64,000 bases of DNA from Lingula anatina (GCA_051362555.1 CM120641.1:25054401-25118400); one strand, 5' to 3'; positions 1 to 13,921 are shown, numbered from the stretch's first letter. Notes: generated by a model from the sequence alone, not told the origin. Numbers and translations are program-made.

Positions 1-669
1 TATGCTATTTATTGTCAATAATCAAAGATTGGTGATAATTATTCTATAATTTATTATGTAATGTTACATCAAAATTGACAACAATATTTTTGCATTGCTA
101 CTGCAAACATTATGAAAAGAAAACTGTGTTACTTATTATTATTTTTAACTTACAAGTATGATTTTTAGGATTGGCATGCAGTTCAAATTAGAAAGCCAGG
201 TCAATTGGGTTATCATTTATTATTGAATTTATGCAATTTTGTGTGAAATTTTCATTTTTCTCATTCTGGCACTTTCTAAGTATAAACTTGAACTCTGATG
301 GGCCTGAAACCTTATGCTTTTACTTTTGTCGTTGTTACCTATTGTGCAAAATAAAATTTGATGTTGACTGTGCAGTAAAACATAATGTATTATTGCATCA
401 GAATTGGTAGTCTCCTATTTTGTGCATTATTGTTTTGTGCTTTTCTTAAGATGTGACTTATGGGCCTGAAAGACCTTTGAGAGGGTCAGTCTGTTAATAT
501 CCCTTGGGTATCACTTAGTCTAATTTCTGAGTTATAAAGTCATTTGCCTAATTGATAAGCCATTAAAGGAGATTACATAAAGCACACTTGTTGATATTTC
601 CTTGTAAACTCCCAAAAGTTAAGCTCTCTGCTAGATTAATAATAAATAAGCAGTGATAATTATGCAGGT

Positions 670-737
<68 letters not shown>

Positions 738-1569
738 AAGATTAAAAGTTTGAATAGCAGCTTCATTGAAATCATATTTACCTCAGGCTCTGCCTAGGAG
801 GTTATATTTTCACCCCTGTTTGTCTGTCATCAACATAACTCAAAAAGTTATGGACCGATTTTGCTGAAATTTTTAGGAACTGTCAGAATTGGGCCAAAGA
901 GGACAATGATTAGTTTTTAGTGGTGGACTGGCTCACTAATCAATCAATAATTAACAATAATCAACAATTGCTGCCTTGGCAGAGGTCTGCACTCTCGGTG
1001 GTTTTCTAGTTTTGTTATGTTTTCCTTTAAAATTTTTCTCAAACACTTGCATTTGTGACTTTTAACTCTCACCCCCTTGAGGCTCTGCACATTTTCTGTA
1101 TTTCCACATAAGCAATTGTATTTTTTTTTTATGTCTTTAAACATTATTTAAAATTATTTTATGCACTGTCATCATTTTTCAAATATTGAGACTTTCATCA
1201 TGTGACTATAGTCTCTCATGGTCCTGAAACTGTAATCTTATTGAAGGGGTGGATTGAGACCATCTTCTGGGTCTTCTTGAAGACAGGTTATTAAGTTTAT
1301 AGTGACTGGTATCTATTTTTTTCTGTTGGAAGACCATTAAAATGGAGGATGGATCAACATAGATACTTTGGAATACTGTCAGAAAATATCTCAGGGTCCG
1401 CTCCTGTTATTGACCATGTTACCTGTTGTGCATGATTAAAATTCAGTGTTGACTGACAGTGCTATTATAAGCATTATTTATTATTGCATCAAAATTGACA
1501 AAATGACCTTTTTTTGCATCTTTATTTTCTGTTTTTTGTCTGCACATTTGACAGCTTTGCTGCCTTGTT
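1..1569 (+). mobile_element. HINE/DINE-1-like non-autonomous Helentron, family 1 (3' part, copy A)
   Basis: Ends ttgtctgcacatttgacagctttgctgccttgtt (3' subTIR plus short hairpin), shared with copies ending at 10769, 37256, 50268, 62165 and on the - strand at 24192. Body is collinear with ~43830-50268. Contains (TA)n at ~672-735. Confidence 0.8.
777..1010 (+). mobile_element. Small HINE, family 3, nested in family 1
   Basis: ttacctc..tgcctaggaggttat...gccttggcagaggtctgcactctc...ttttctagt: subTIR pair, 3' hairpin, CTAGT end. The same element is at 24765-24949 (-) and 49482-49709 (+). Confidence 0.75.
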
Positions 1570-1832
1570 TGTAAATGTTGTTGAATTTTGTTTTTGTTGT
1601 TTGGTGTCAGTATATCTGTCAGCTTGGTTGTCTATTAAAGTCTCTTTTCCTTCAATCACCTAGGTGCCATATACAGAGGATACTGAAATAAATAGTTCAT
1701 ACCTTTGTTCACCTTTAGCTGGCCTATTAGATTTTACCTTCATGTGGACACATTGGATCAATTGTGTCATCTTGTTAAATGAGAACAAATTAAGAGTGTT
1801 TCTTCTAAAAGATCCTTTCTGTTTATTTTTAG

Positions 1833-4800
1833 AGGTGTATAATCCTATACTCACTGGTGGATTTGCAAATGAAACACATGACTATGAATTCACCTTACTA
1901 ATGGATGGCAATGGAACTTTTAATCTCACAGAAAACCATGCCATTACATTAATCAGACCTCTTGATTATGAAGTCCAGAGAACACACATGATATTGATTC
2001 AAGCTCATATGATCAACAGCAGTGTAAATGACAGCTTTAATGAGGTTTATTACAGTGATTGTCCCTCTTATTATGCGACAATGGAGATAACAGTGATTGT
2101 AGAAGATGTTGATGAGTACCCTGTGATGTTTCAGTATTACAGCAAATCCACAACGTATGGTGAAAACCTTACCACAGGGTTGTCTGATGTGAACATTCCA
2201 ATACACTGGGTTGTAGTATCCTCTGATACAGAGGTTGGAACTTCCATATTTAGATTCACTGTAATGGATGCAGATGGTAGCCCCCCTGCTGTGACAGGAT
2301 TTCACTTGTCTGGAAACAACTCTGCACAGAGTTTCCTAGGAGTGACATCAGAAGGGGAATTGTACACAACTGATACTATTCCTGTTAGTACTTCTGTCTG
2401 TCCCTTTGGATGTGCCGTGCAGGTATATGAGCTCTTAGTGACAGCCTCGCAAGGCTCCCAGGAATTTGAATGCAAGGTCTTGTTGGTCATTAGGAATACA
2501 AGAATCAGAATTGAGGTTCAGGAAGATACCAGTTTTGTTGGATTTCAAATCATTGATTTTGAGGCCGCAGAAGGTTCCTCTATAACTGATGGTTCACTTT
2601 CTGCATATGTCAATGTCAGTTTTCCAATACATGTCATTGGATATGACCTTTTCTTGCAGTCATTCAATTATGAGGCAGAACAAGAGTATCACCTTCTGTT
2701 TAATTGCACATATAAAAATACCTCTTTCATAACAGTCCCTATTGTTATACAGGTGGTTGATGTTAATGATCATAGCCCTGTGTTTGATCAGGACATGTAT
2801 ATTGGAGTGGTTAGGAACACAACTCCAGCAAATACTACTATTACTACAGTAAGTGCATCTGACAGGGATTTAGGTGACAATGCCAATCTTGTTTATACCA
2901 TCATAGAAGGAGACCAGTATTTCTGGGTGACCGACTGTGGACAACTTCAGACAAAAATTGAGATGAATTTTATCCAACATCCACTCCAAGTTATCGAAGG
3001 CAAAGTGAATGTTTCTGATGGTCTCCATTCCAATGAAACCATGGTCCATGTCCTTGTGTATGCTTTGGATCTAGAATACTACATACCAGAGAACCAAACA
3101 GTGGAGTACCTGGTACCAGAGAACCAAACAGTGGGCAATATTGTGGTTCCCAACTTGTGTGGAAATATGTCAGCTTATGGTTATGCCAGTTGCAGTGTCC
3201 TTGACCCAACAGGGACATTTACAATGAGTAGTGATCACCTTCAACTTGTTTCACATTTGGATTATGAATCTAATACCACTTACACATTATTACTGAACGT
3301 TGTCTTTGATACCATTGAAATGAACATAACTGTCACCGTCCATGTACTTGATGTGAATGACAATTGGCCATTTTTCACACAACAAGAGATTTACACAGCA
3401 GTGCAAAATTTCACTCAGGAAAATACAACAGTTGCTATGGTGATGGCTCATGATAATGACAGCAATGCTAATCTTGTTTATACCATCACAGAAAGAGACC
3501 ATTATTTCTGGGTGACCGACTGTGGACAACTTCAGACAAGAATGGATATGAGTTTAATGCCATATCCACTTCAGGTTATTGAAGGCAAGGTGAGAGTTTC
3601 TGATGGTGTCCATTCCAATGAAACCATGGTCCATGTCCTGGTGTATGCATTGGATCTAGAGTACTACATACCAGAGAACCAATCAGTGGGCAATATTGTG
3701 GTTCCTTACTTGTGTGGAAATATGTCAGCTCATGTATATGCCAACTGCAGTGTCCTTGACCCAACAGGGACATTTACAATGAGTAGTGATCACCTTCAAC
3801 TTGTTTCACATTTGGATTATGAATCTAATACCACTTACACATTATTACTGAACGTTGTCTTTGATACCATTGAAATGAACATAACTGTCACCGTCCATGT
3901 ACTTGATGTGAATGACAATTGGCCATTTTTTACACAACAAGAGATTTACACAGCAGTGCAAAATTTCACTCAGGAAAATAAAACAGTTGCTATGGTGATG
4001 GCTCATGATAATGACAGCAATGCTAATCTTGTTTATACCATCACAGAAGGAGACCATTATTTCTGGGTGACCGACTGTGGACAACTTCAGACAAGAATGG
4101 ATATGAGTTTAATGCCAAATCCACTTCAGGTTATTGAAGGCAAGGTGAGAGTTTCTGATGGTGTCCATTCCAATGAAACCATGGTCCATGTCCTGGTGTA
4201 TGCATTGGATCTAGAGTACTACATACCAGAGAACCAATCAGTGGGCAATATTGTGGTTCCTTACTTGTGTGGAAATATGTCAGCTCATGTATATGCCAAC
4301 TGCTGTGTCCTTGACCCAACAGGGACATTTACAATGAGTAGTGATCACCTTCAACTTGATTCACATTTGGATTATGAATCTAATACCACTTACACATTAT
4401 TACTGAACGTTGTCTTTGATACCATTGAAATGAACATAACTGTCACCGTCCATGTGCTTGATGTGAATGACAATTGGCCATTTTTCATACAACAAGAGAT
4501 TTACACAGCAATGCAAAATTTCACTCAGGAAAATACAACAGTTGCTATGGTGATAGCTCATGATAATGACAGCAATGCTAATCTTGTTTATACCATCACA
4601 GAAGGAGACCAATTTTTCTGGGTGACCGACTGTGGACAACTTCAGACAAGGATGGATATGAAATTAATGCCAAATCCACTTCAGGTTATTGAAGGCAAGG
4701 TGAGAGTTTCTGATGGTGTCCATTCCAATGAAACCATGGTCCATGTCCTGGTGTATGCATTGGATCTAGAGTACTACATACCAGAGAACCAATCAGTGGG

Positions 4801-7252
4801 CAATATTGTGGTTCCTTACTTGTGTGGAAATATGTCAGCTCATGTATATGCCAACTGCAGTGTCCTTGACCCAACAGGGACATTTACAATGAGTAGTGAT
4901 CACCTTCAACTTGTTTCACATTTGGATTATGAATCTAATACCACTTACACATTATTACTGAACGTTGTCTTTGATACCATTGAAATGAACATCACTGTCA
5001 CAGTCCATGTACTTGATGTCAATAATAACCCTCCAGTTTTTCTTCAGCAGCAGTACAGTGTTACTGTTATGAGGGAGATAAACCCACATACACTTCTAAC
5101 CACCATCACAGCAGAGGATCCAGACCAGAATCAGAATATCACTTACAAATTGCTTGGCAGTGACAATGAGAACTTCCTGATAAATAACTATGGTCAAGTG
5201 TTTAGTTTATCATCTCTGAACTTCTCAGATAGTGTTGTTCACACAGTCAATTTAACAGTCCGGGTAACAGATGGGATATGGACATCCCATGCATCACTTA
5301 AACTCCACATTGTTGCAAACGAATTGAAAATCGAAGTTTCTGAAAGTACTCCAAATGAGAGTATTGTTCATTCCAATTTATGCAGCCAGGAATTCTTACT
5401 TAATGGAACATGCAGCATTGCTGGAATGAACTCTACTTTTGGACTGGATGTTGATAAGAACTTGATGTTGCAAAGACCATTAGACTTTGAATCAAAGGAA
5501 GACTATGACCTAATGTTAACTGCAGTGACAGGGGACCTAACCTGGACATTACCAATACGTGTTCATGTGTCAGACACCAATGATGAAATCCCTCTGTTTC
5601 ATAATGAAGCAAATTTCTTTGGAATTGTCAGCAATTCATCACTTCCAAATATGACAATTTTCAATATCAACGCCAGTGACCCAGACACTGTTGGTTCAAC
5701 ACTGGAGTTCAGCCTTGATGACCTTGGTGCAGAGTATTTCCAAATCTCTCACTGTGGACAATTGCAAACCATGAGCTCTTTTCCACTGCAGCTTCAAGCT
5801 CCGTTTCATTTTGTTAACTTCTCCATATCCGTCACAGATGGGATCCATGTCACCACAACTAGGGCTAGGGTTCTCATTTCTGCTGACTCATGGCAGTTGG
5901 CAGTTGCTGAAAATGACACAGAAAATAACTGGGTACTGCAAAACTTATGTGGAAACCTGAACACATATGGCGGATCTTGCTCAGTGACCTCAGATCCAGA
6001 AATACCAGAATTGTTGTACAATGCCTCTGAAAACAGCTTGCATCTCAACACAAGATTGGATGCCAGGATTCAAGATGTCTATGAGATAAAGGTTCAGGCC
6101 TCTTTGGTACCATTTGAAACCATCACAGTTTCAATATCAATCAACGTAATTGATGTAAATGACCATGTACCCCAGTTCACCGAGGACTCTTATTCTGCTG
6201 TCCTTCATAATGGTGCTTATGAAAACACTGTCATTTTAACTTTAGAAGTTGAAGATGGTGATCTTGGGAATAACTCAAATATAGAGTACACAATTACTTC
6301 GAACCCCTTTACAATCTTTGGCATTAATAGTGCTGGGTGGCTTTACACCACTAGAAGGCTTGATATAGCAAGTATCCTGCCTGATTTGAATGATCTCATA
6401 GCATACACAGCACAGGTAACAGTGGAAGCTAGAGACTTGGGAATACCCCCCAAACATAATAGCACTTCAGTGGATGTCCTATTTCTTGATGATGAATTTG
6501 TGATCAACATAATGGAAAATGAGTATGATATACCATTTGGGAATATTAGTGTTCCTGCATTGAGAAATATAGGACTTGTTAGGGCACCTGCTGGTATTAG
6601 TGCAAATTTGACACACCTTTGGCTGGCAGAAGGGTTGGATTACGAGCAGAGCTCAAGCCTTCACTTCAGCCTCAATCTGTCACTGGATCACAGCCACTAC
6701 ATTGTACCTGCTACAGTGCATGTCATTAATGTGAACGATGAACCTCCAGAGTTTGGTGAAAGCATATACAACTTTACTGTTCCAGATGGCGCCAGGTACT
6801 ATACATTGATAAATATGACCACAGCCACTGACAGGGATAGTACAGACATAACATATTCCCTAAGAGATGTTGAGGATGAGGTATCTAGCGGGAAGTCAGT
6901 GACTGAACTGTTTTTGATTAATGAAAAAACTGGAGCACTGTACACGAATGGTCAAATAAGCTACAAAAAACTTCTTAAAGAGAAGCGTTTTAAGTCCGAA
7001 AATGATTCCTACCTTGAGTTTATGATTGAAGCTGCAGATGGGGTATTCACAGCAAATGCTACAATAAGAGTGATTGTTTTGACATATGATCCTAGTGTAG
7101 TTAACACTACCACAGCTTTCTTACCAGAAGGAAATTACAGCAGCTCTTTATTCTTAGTCACTGATGAGGCAGCTCGAGCAAATTATTCTGACTTCAAGTT
7201 TCAAGTGACTGCAAAGCAAGATGAGCTGATGTTCTTTATTAATGAGACAACA
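1833..7252 (+). CDS. Giant non-classical cadherin, first visible exon (~1806 aa, ~18-19 EC repeats)
   Basis: ORF 1664-7312 with repeated LDYE/DVNDN-P-F/A-D-D cadherin motifs. Acceptor tttattttttag-type at 1832 (alternative cctag at 1663; 5' boundary uncertain). Donor ACA|GTAAGT at 7252, phase 0. Confidence 0.92.
2878..5025 (+). repeat. Intra-exonic tandem repeat, 555-bp (185-aa, two-EC) unit, ~4 copies
   Basis: Near-identical units with period 555 (shadow ORFs at 3290/3845/4400 and 3576/4131/4686). The first unit carries an extra 30-bp duplication (EYLVPENQTV). Confidence 0.95.
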
Positions 7253-7691
7253 GTAAGTATTTCATTTTATTTTCTTCTATCATACGACCACTTAAACTAT
7301 TTTGATATTTAAAAACTGCAAAACTTATTGGCAAAATTTTTATTTTTTCTTAGTATATGTATGTGGTGTTTTATATTATTTTCAAAAGCCCCAAAATTTT
7401 TTTTTTCAAAATAGCTATATAAAGAATCTAGGTTAAATCATGGTGAATTTTTGCAATAACAAAACTGAATTTGAATAAATTTTTATTCACAAATTTAACT
7501 CGATTTTTTTTAATTAAAAAAGTTTTTTTCATAAGTTTAAATGTAAATGAATATATACAGGTTCAATAATTTTTGTGCTGCACTTTATGGGGGTTAACAC
7601 TTATTTATCTTGACTTAATGATGATATTTTCAGTATGAAGATAAGATATAATTTTTTTTATTAAAGAAGAATTAACCCACTTCTTTTTCAG

Positions 7692-7793
7692 GGTTTCATT
7701 TATACAAATCAAACATTTGACAGGGAACAAGATGACAACTATGTAGTCTATGTAATGGCTTTAGAACAAGGTCTAGACAGTTGCCAAGCAGCG
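7692..7793 (+). CDS. Cadherin exon (GFIYTNQTFDREQ...CQAA)
   Basis: tttttcag acceptor, gcg|gtgagt donor, phase 0/0, FDRE motif. Confidence 0.9.
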
Positions 7794-8261
7794 GTGAGTG
7801 TACATGGTGACTAATTTTTTTATCACTGGGAGATCATAGTGACCTCTAGTGGTCTTATATCTCTCTCTTTAAATATTGATATGAAGCCAGAGGAGGTTTA
7901 ATTTTATATAGTGCTGTAGGTGTCAGAATAACAAGTATAACTGGTATAAAATGCAAGAAAAAGATTGATGTAAGAGATTGTGTACATGAAGTGTCCATGT
8001 ACTGGTATGCAATGAGCATATCATGCACTGAAGGGTCGACAATTCTTTTTGTTTACTGTGTACATGTAGGTGTTGGCTTTGTTTTATGAGTACATAGTGT
8101 ACATTTTGTATTTTTTTGAAATAATTTTAACCTGTGGCATAGCCAAACAGATCTGCAGGCATATATAGATTCAATCCTCTACTTTTCAATTTTCTTACAT
8201 TCTGTAATCACAGATTCTTTTAGTTTAATTAAGCTTTTTCAATTTAAAATGTATATCTCAA

Positions 8262-10769
8262 TTTTTTATGTACAGACACAGATGTGTCTGTACATATTGC
8301 CATCACCTGCGTCTGTCGTCGCCGTCGTCGCCGATGCTGTCGCCGATGCCGGCGCCGTGCACTTTCCTTGTTAACACGATAAGTGGAGGGCAGTTTTACT
8401 TTTTGGCTTTATATTTACAGAGCTGATGAATAATCATAAAACGCAGGTCAAGTTCGAAAATCAGCATGATTGGGCCATTATTGTAGAAGTTATGCTGTTT
8501 TTTCACTTTTCAGCATATATGCAACCCTGTTAACACATTTTAAGGAAAACCGATAGGCCTGTTGTCATGAAACTCACAGGAGTAATCAATCTTACTAAAA
8601 CGCAGGTCAAGTTCGAAAATCGGCATGATCGGGCCACTATTTTAGTAGTTATGCTGTTTTTTCACTTTTTAGCATATATGCAACACTGTAAACACAATAT
8701 AAGAAAAACAGATAGACCAATTGTCATTAAACTCACAGGAGTGGTCAATCTTACTAAAATGCAGGTTGAGTTTGAAAATTAGTATAATCGGGCCATTGTT
8801 TTAGAAGTCGTGCTGTTTTTTCACATTTCCTCAAATTCAATTCTTAGGCATGTTAACAGTCTTATTATTTAATTAATAAGACACATAAAAGTGTTTGTTT
8901 GACATTTCCTGCATCTTTACAACATTGTTAGTTGATTATGTAGAAATGATGGTAAACTTGTTATCGTGTATTGTGTAATAAAGTGTCAAAAATGGAAATA
9001 AACTCATATAAGTCAGATTCAATCATTTACTATGTTCAGAATGTCAGAATGGAGGAAATTGGACATTTGACACAGTTCTATTGATTTTTGTCCCATCTCA
9101 TCAATTTTCTTAGTTGATCATATAAAAATGGCAGTAAACTGTTTATGTTTTATATTAAAAAAGTGTTAAAAATGGAAATAAACCCATTTCAGCACAATGC
9201 TGTCTAGTTTTCACTTTTCAGCATATGTGCAACACTGTAAACACAATATACGAAAAACAGATAGGCCAATTGTCATTAAACACACAGGAGTGGTCAATGC
9301 TGCTAAAACACAGGTTGAGTTAAAAAATCAGCATAATCGGGCCATTATTTTAGAAGTTATGTTGTTTTTTCACATTTCCTCAGATTCAATTCTTAGGCAT
9401 GTTAACAGTTTCATTATTTAATTAATAAGATATTAAAAGTGTTTGTTTGACATTTCCTGCATCTTTACAACATTGTTAGTTGATTTTTTAAAAATGATGG
9501 TTAATTTGTTATCATATATTGTGTAATAAAGTTTCAAAAATGGAAATAAACTCATATCATTGCAGTTTGTCAGATTCAATCATTCACTATGTTCAGAATC
9601 TCAGAATGGAAGAAATTGGACATTTAACACTGCTCTATTGATATTTTTCCCATCTCATCAATTTTCTTAGTTGATCATATAAAAATGGCAGTAAGCTGTT
9701 AATTTTGTTTTATGTTAAAAATTGTTAAAAATGGAAAAAAAAACATTTCAGAACAGTGCTGTCTTGTTTACATTTTGTCATTTTCAAGTTGTGACTTTGA
9801 AGTTCCATGGGCCTGAAGACCTTTGCTAGTCACATTTTCTGAAAATCCATGATACTAATATTTTATTATTAAAAATTGATGGTCATTATGCTGTTAAACA
9901 TTATGTAATATTGCATCAAAATTTGAAAAAAACCTACTTTGGGCACTGCTCCCATGATGACCATTTAAGAAAAACCATGTCACTTACTGTTCTCAAACAG
10001 TACAGTTAAATGTACAGATGTGTCTGTACATATTGCCATCACCTGCGTCTGCCGTCGCTGTCAGCGCCGTCACCGGCGCCTTGCACTTTCATTGTAAACA
10101 CGATAAGTGGAAGGCAGTTTTACTTTTGGGCTTTATATTTACAGAGCTGATGAATATTCATAAAACGCAGGTCAAGTTCGAAAATCAGCATGATCGGGCC
10201 ATTATTGTAGAAGTCATGCTTTTTTTCACTTTTCAGCATATTTCACATATTGGCATTTTCAAGGTGTGACTTTGAAGTTCTACATGCTTGAAGACCCATG
10301 CTAGTCACATTTTCTGAAAATCCATGATACGTATATTTTATTATTAAAAATTGACGGTCATTATGCTGTTAACCAATATGTAATATTGCATCAGAATAGA
10401 AGAAAACAATTATGGGTGCTGCTGCCATGATGACCATTATGGGAAAACCATGTTACTTATGATTGCCAAATGTTCAAAAAAGAAATGCAGGACTAAAATG
10501 CAGCCTAAGTTGGAAAAGTAGTCTAATTGGCTTCTTTTTCTGGAAGTTATACATTTTCAAAGTGTGAACTTGAACTCCCATGGGCCTGAAGCCTTATGCT
10601 TGTTACATGTTTTACTTACATTGGTATTACCTGTTGAGCATAATTAAAATTTGATGTTGAATTTGCAGTTTAACATAATGTACTTTGCATCAGAATTGAC
10701 AGTAGCCTATTTTGTACATAGTTATTTCCTGCTTTTTGTCTGTACATTTGACAGCTTTGCTGCCTTGTT
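8262..10769 (+). mobile_element. HINE family 1, copy B (composite, internal restart near 10011)
   Basis: 5' ttttatgtacagacacagatgtgtctgtacat palindrome, (gtc/gcc)n microsatellite, ~120-bp internal repeats, 3' tgtctgtacatttgacagctttgctgccttgtt. Sits in T-runs with no TSD. Confidence 0.85.
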
Positions 10770-11222
10770 TTTCATTCTTGTTTGAATGATATATATTTTA
10801 TTGGACATCTATGTTCCCATGTTAAACATTTTAATTTAGGCTAAATGACTAGAAAAGATATGTAATTTACTGCTATCCTGTAATTTTGAAAGTGAGAGAA
10901 CTTTTGGTCTGTTTTGCAGTAGAGGCTTACGTTAGTACCGAGTACTTGTGAATGCGCACATGTCCATTTGTGATTATATTTTCTATAATGTGTATTATTA
11001 AGTTTGGTGGCCAATTAGTGACTTTCTAACAGACAGTTCAATAATATAAAATAAAGTTTTGTGGACAGAATGTTGCTAACAGACTTTGGGTTATTGCAAT
11101 TGTTTAATTGGTCTCAAACCAATGAGCTAGAGAACACAATGTAGAACAACCACCATTTGCAATGACATGTTTTATGACATGTGCAATGATGTGTTTGAAA
11201 ATTTTAAAATCTCCATTTCCAG

Positions 11223-11342
11223 CTTATAGCCATTGTAAACATCACTATCACTGATATTAATGACAACCCACCTGTTTTCACATCTCAAACTTATGAAGGT
11301 GATGTGCTTGAAAATACGACTAGTGCTGAAGTTCAGTTTCAG
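11223..11342 (+). CDS. Cadherin exon (LIAIVNITITDINDNPPVF...VQFQ)
   Basis: ttccag acceptor, cag|gtagag donor, DINDNPP motif, phase 0/0. Confidence 0.9.
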
Positions 11343-11714
11343 GTAGAGACATTTCATGTACACTTGATTACAATAAGACTGATGTTTAAGAATGCAAATA
11401 ACTGAGTGAAGTTAATTTGAAATAAAAGGGCTAACCTTTTGCATTATGGACTTTTTAAATTATATTTTGAAAATTTTTGTCTTTTATGTGATCAATTATA
11501 CAAATAATTTGCTTGTATAGAATATGCATATTGTTTTTTCTTTATAAAATAATATTTTTTATGTGTTTGGTTTCTTCTTGTATTTATAGGCACAAGATTT
11601 TGAGAAAAGAAAATCATTTGATTATTTAATTACACACACACACACACACATATATGTCCATCTATTACCTGTATATATTTCTGTGTTATCTATGTAAATG
11701 TATTACTTTTGCAG

Positions 11715-13223
11715 ATGCCCATTAATGCACCAGACAAGGATATCGGATCAAATGCTTTGATATACTACGAACTACTAAATGGAACAGATGCCTTTCAAAT
11801 TGACAACACTACAGGGAAATTGTACACAAGTGGGAAATTGGACAGGGAAGAGACTGGTTTTTACATAGTCATGATTTCTGCATCAGATGGGACATACAAT
11901 GACACAGCAACAGTTAACATAACATTGGTTGATGTAAATGACAACGCCCCTGAATTTAATGAGACAAACTATACATTTTATGTATCAGAAGACCATTCTT
12001 TGGACAAATCCATCGGTCAAGTTTCAGCCACAGACAGGGACATCAATATTTTACCACTAACCTACCATATTGAAAATGACAGCAATAAAAAATTTATCAT
12101 GAAACGCCCATTCACTTCTGGTGTAATATGGATTTACAGGACTCTAGATAGAGAAAGTCTTCAAAATGACAGAATTGAGTTTCTAGTTATTGCGGAAGAT
12201 GCAAGTTCAGACTGTTCCACATCACATACATGTCATTTATCCACTGCCACAGTCACAGTCATTGTCAGCGATGTCAATGATAATTCTCCAAAATTTGGCA
12301 AGAACATAGATATGGATGTGTCGGAGAACTATACAGGCCCACTCACTCAAGTACATGCAACAGATCCTGATGCAGGGGAAAATGGCACTGTTACATACTG
12401 GCTAGGTGACGATGACAAATCTAGATTTTCTATCGATAATACTACAGGGAATATTACATTGGAGCAATCATTTGACTTCGAAGATGGGAACCCTAATTTT
12501 ATCCGACTCACTGTGTATGCCAAGGACAATGGCAAATCCTGTCAGAGCAGTGGTAGTTGCAATGACACAATGGAGGTGATGATCACCATCAAGGATATTA
12601 ATGACAATCCACCTGTGTTTTTGATTCAAAACATAACTCTATCATTACCAGATGAAGGCAGACTTGTAATACCCATGATGGCTTTTGATAGAGACTCAAA
12701 AGAAAATGGTGATATTACATACTCTTTTCCCAATTACACAAATAATACCTTGAGGCAATTCTTTGATGTTTCAAACTCTGGGATAATTTCAGCTATTAAG
12801 AATATTGATATACAATTAGACACAAACAATCGTGTGCTCACAGTGATGGCAAAAGATAATGGCTCCAAACCTCTCTCAGGATTTGCAGCAATAACATTTT
12901 TTGGTCAAAGCGAAGAGACACCTTGTAAACTAAACAACCGAAGTTATGTCAGCAGTATAACAGAGGAACAGCATTATCCATGGCCAGTGATAAGTTTAAC
13001 TTACAACAAGTCTAGTGAGGAAGAAAAATGCATTTTTACTCTCTCTTGTCCCCAAGATGCACCATTCTTGGTGATAAATTCCACAACAGGAGAAATTTGT
13101 TTGAGGAATGGGTCACTGGATAGAGAAGAACTGGATAACTTTCTCAAAAGCACTTGGGACGGCAAGACTTTGTCGTGCATTGTATCTTTCTATGTTCCTG
13201 ATAAACCAAGAAGTACAGCAGAG
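11715..13223 (+). CDS. Cadherin exon (503 aa, ~5 EC repeats) ending at a GC donor
   Basis: ttttgcag acceptor; LDRE, DVNDNAP, FDFE, DINDNPP motifs; donor GAG|GCAAGT. Confidence 0.88.
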
Positions 13224-13415
13224 GCAAGTGCAGTATATTATGAAATAAACTGTTCTATTCATTATGATTTTATAACTTTTTCTCATTTTTAAGTTCATTT
13301 TTCCATGTGTTGGATATTTTCAATTATATTAACTTGTCTAGCATAGGATTTGCACTTATCTCCATTGGGACTGTGATTTAATAGTATATATATGATTGTC
13401 AGCATTGCTGTCTAA

Positions 13416-13921
13416 TTTTTTTTTTCATGTGTCACTTGCTTGCCAATTATCTTACATGATCAGTCTGAATATGATAAAATTTAGTGAGTCCTACTGTCAA
13501 TTCCACATATTTAAATTAAAAAATGATGGGTTTGTTTTTCAGTATCAATAAGGGGTTAGTTGTATGTACATTAAAATAATCATTATATTAAATTTTTTTA
13601 AAGTCTTGCTGCCGAATTTCGGTATTTTAATATTGTTCTCCAAATCATATTTCTGGTTTGACTGAATTTTGGTGGCTGTCAAACTAAGACATATGCTTAT
13701 TCAAAATGAAAGCAGATTTTCATAGAAATATCAGCAATCATGATTTAAGTCAAACTTACAAAGTATTTCATTGATCTTCATTTAATGAAATAGTTTAAGT
13801 GAACACTGTTGAAATTTTAAATAATATTTTTCTGCCTTTGAGTTATAAAAAACATCTTTAAATCTACTTCATTCATTCTTTCCTTTCTTTTTTTCTTGCT
13901 TTCCTTTTTTGTAAAGGCAGC
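13416..13921 (-). mobile_element. Putative retroposed fragment with A-tail and 24-bp target-site duplication
   Basis: atgattgtcagcattgctgtctaa at 13392-13415 and 13922-13945; T10 immediately inside the left copy. Confidence 0.5.

Noticed and set aside
563-775. IYIYIY ORF
   Set aside because: (TA)n microsatellite inside a HINE.
1664-1832. ORF-track N-terminus MPYTEDTE... as the true protein start
   Set aside because: GTG start, no signal peptide, and AG acceptors at 1663/1832; the real 5' exons are probably upstream of the window.
2991-4883. Repeated 65-79-aa minus-strand ORFs
   Set aside because: Antisense shadows of the 555-bp cadherin repeat.
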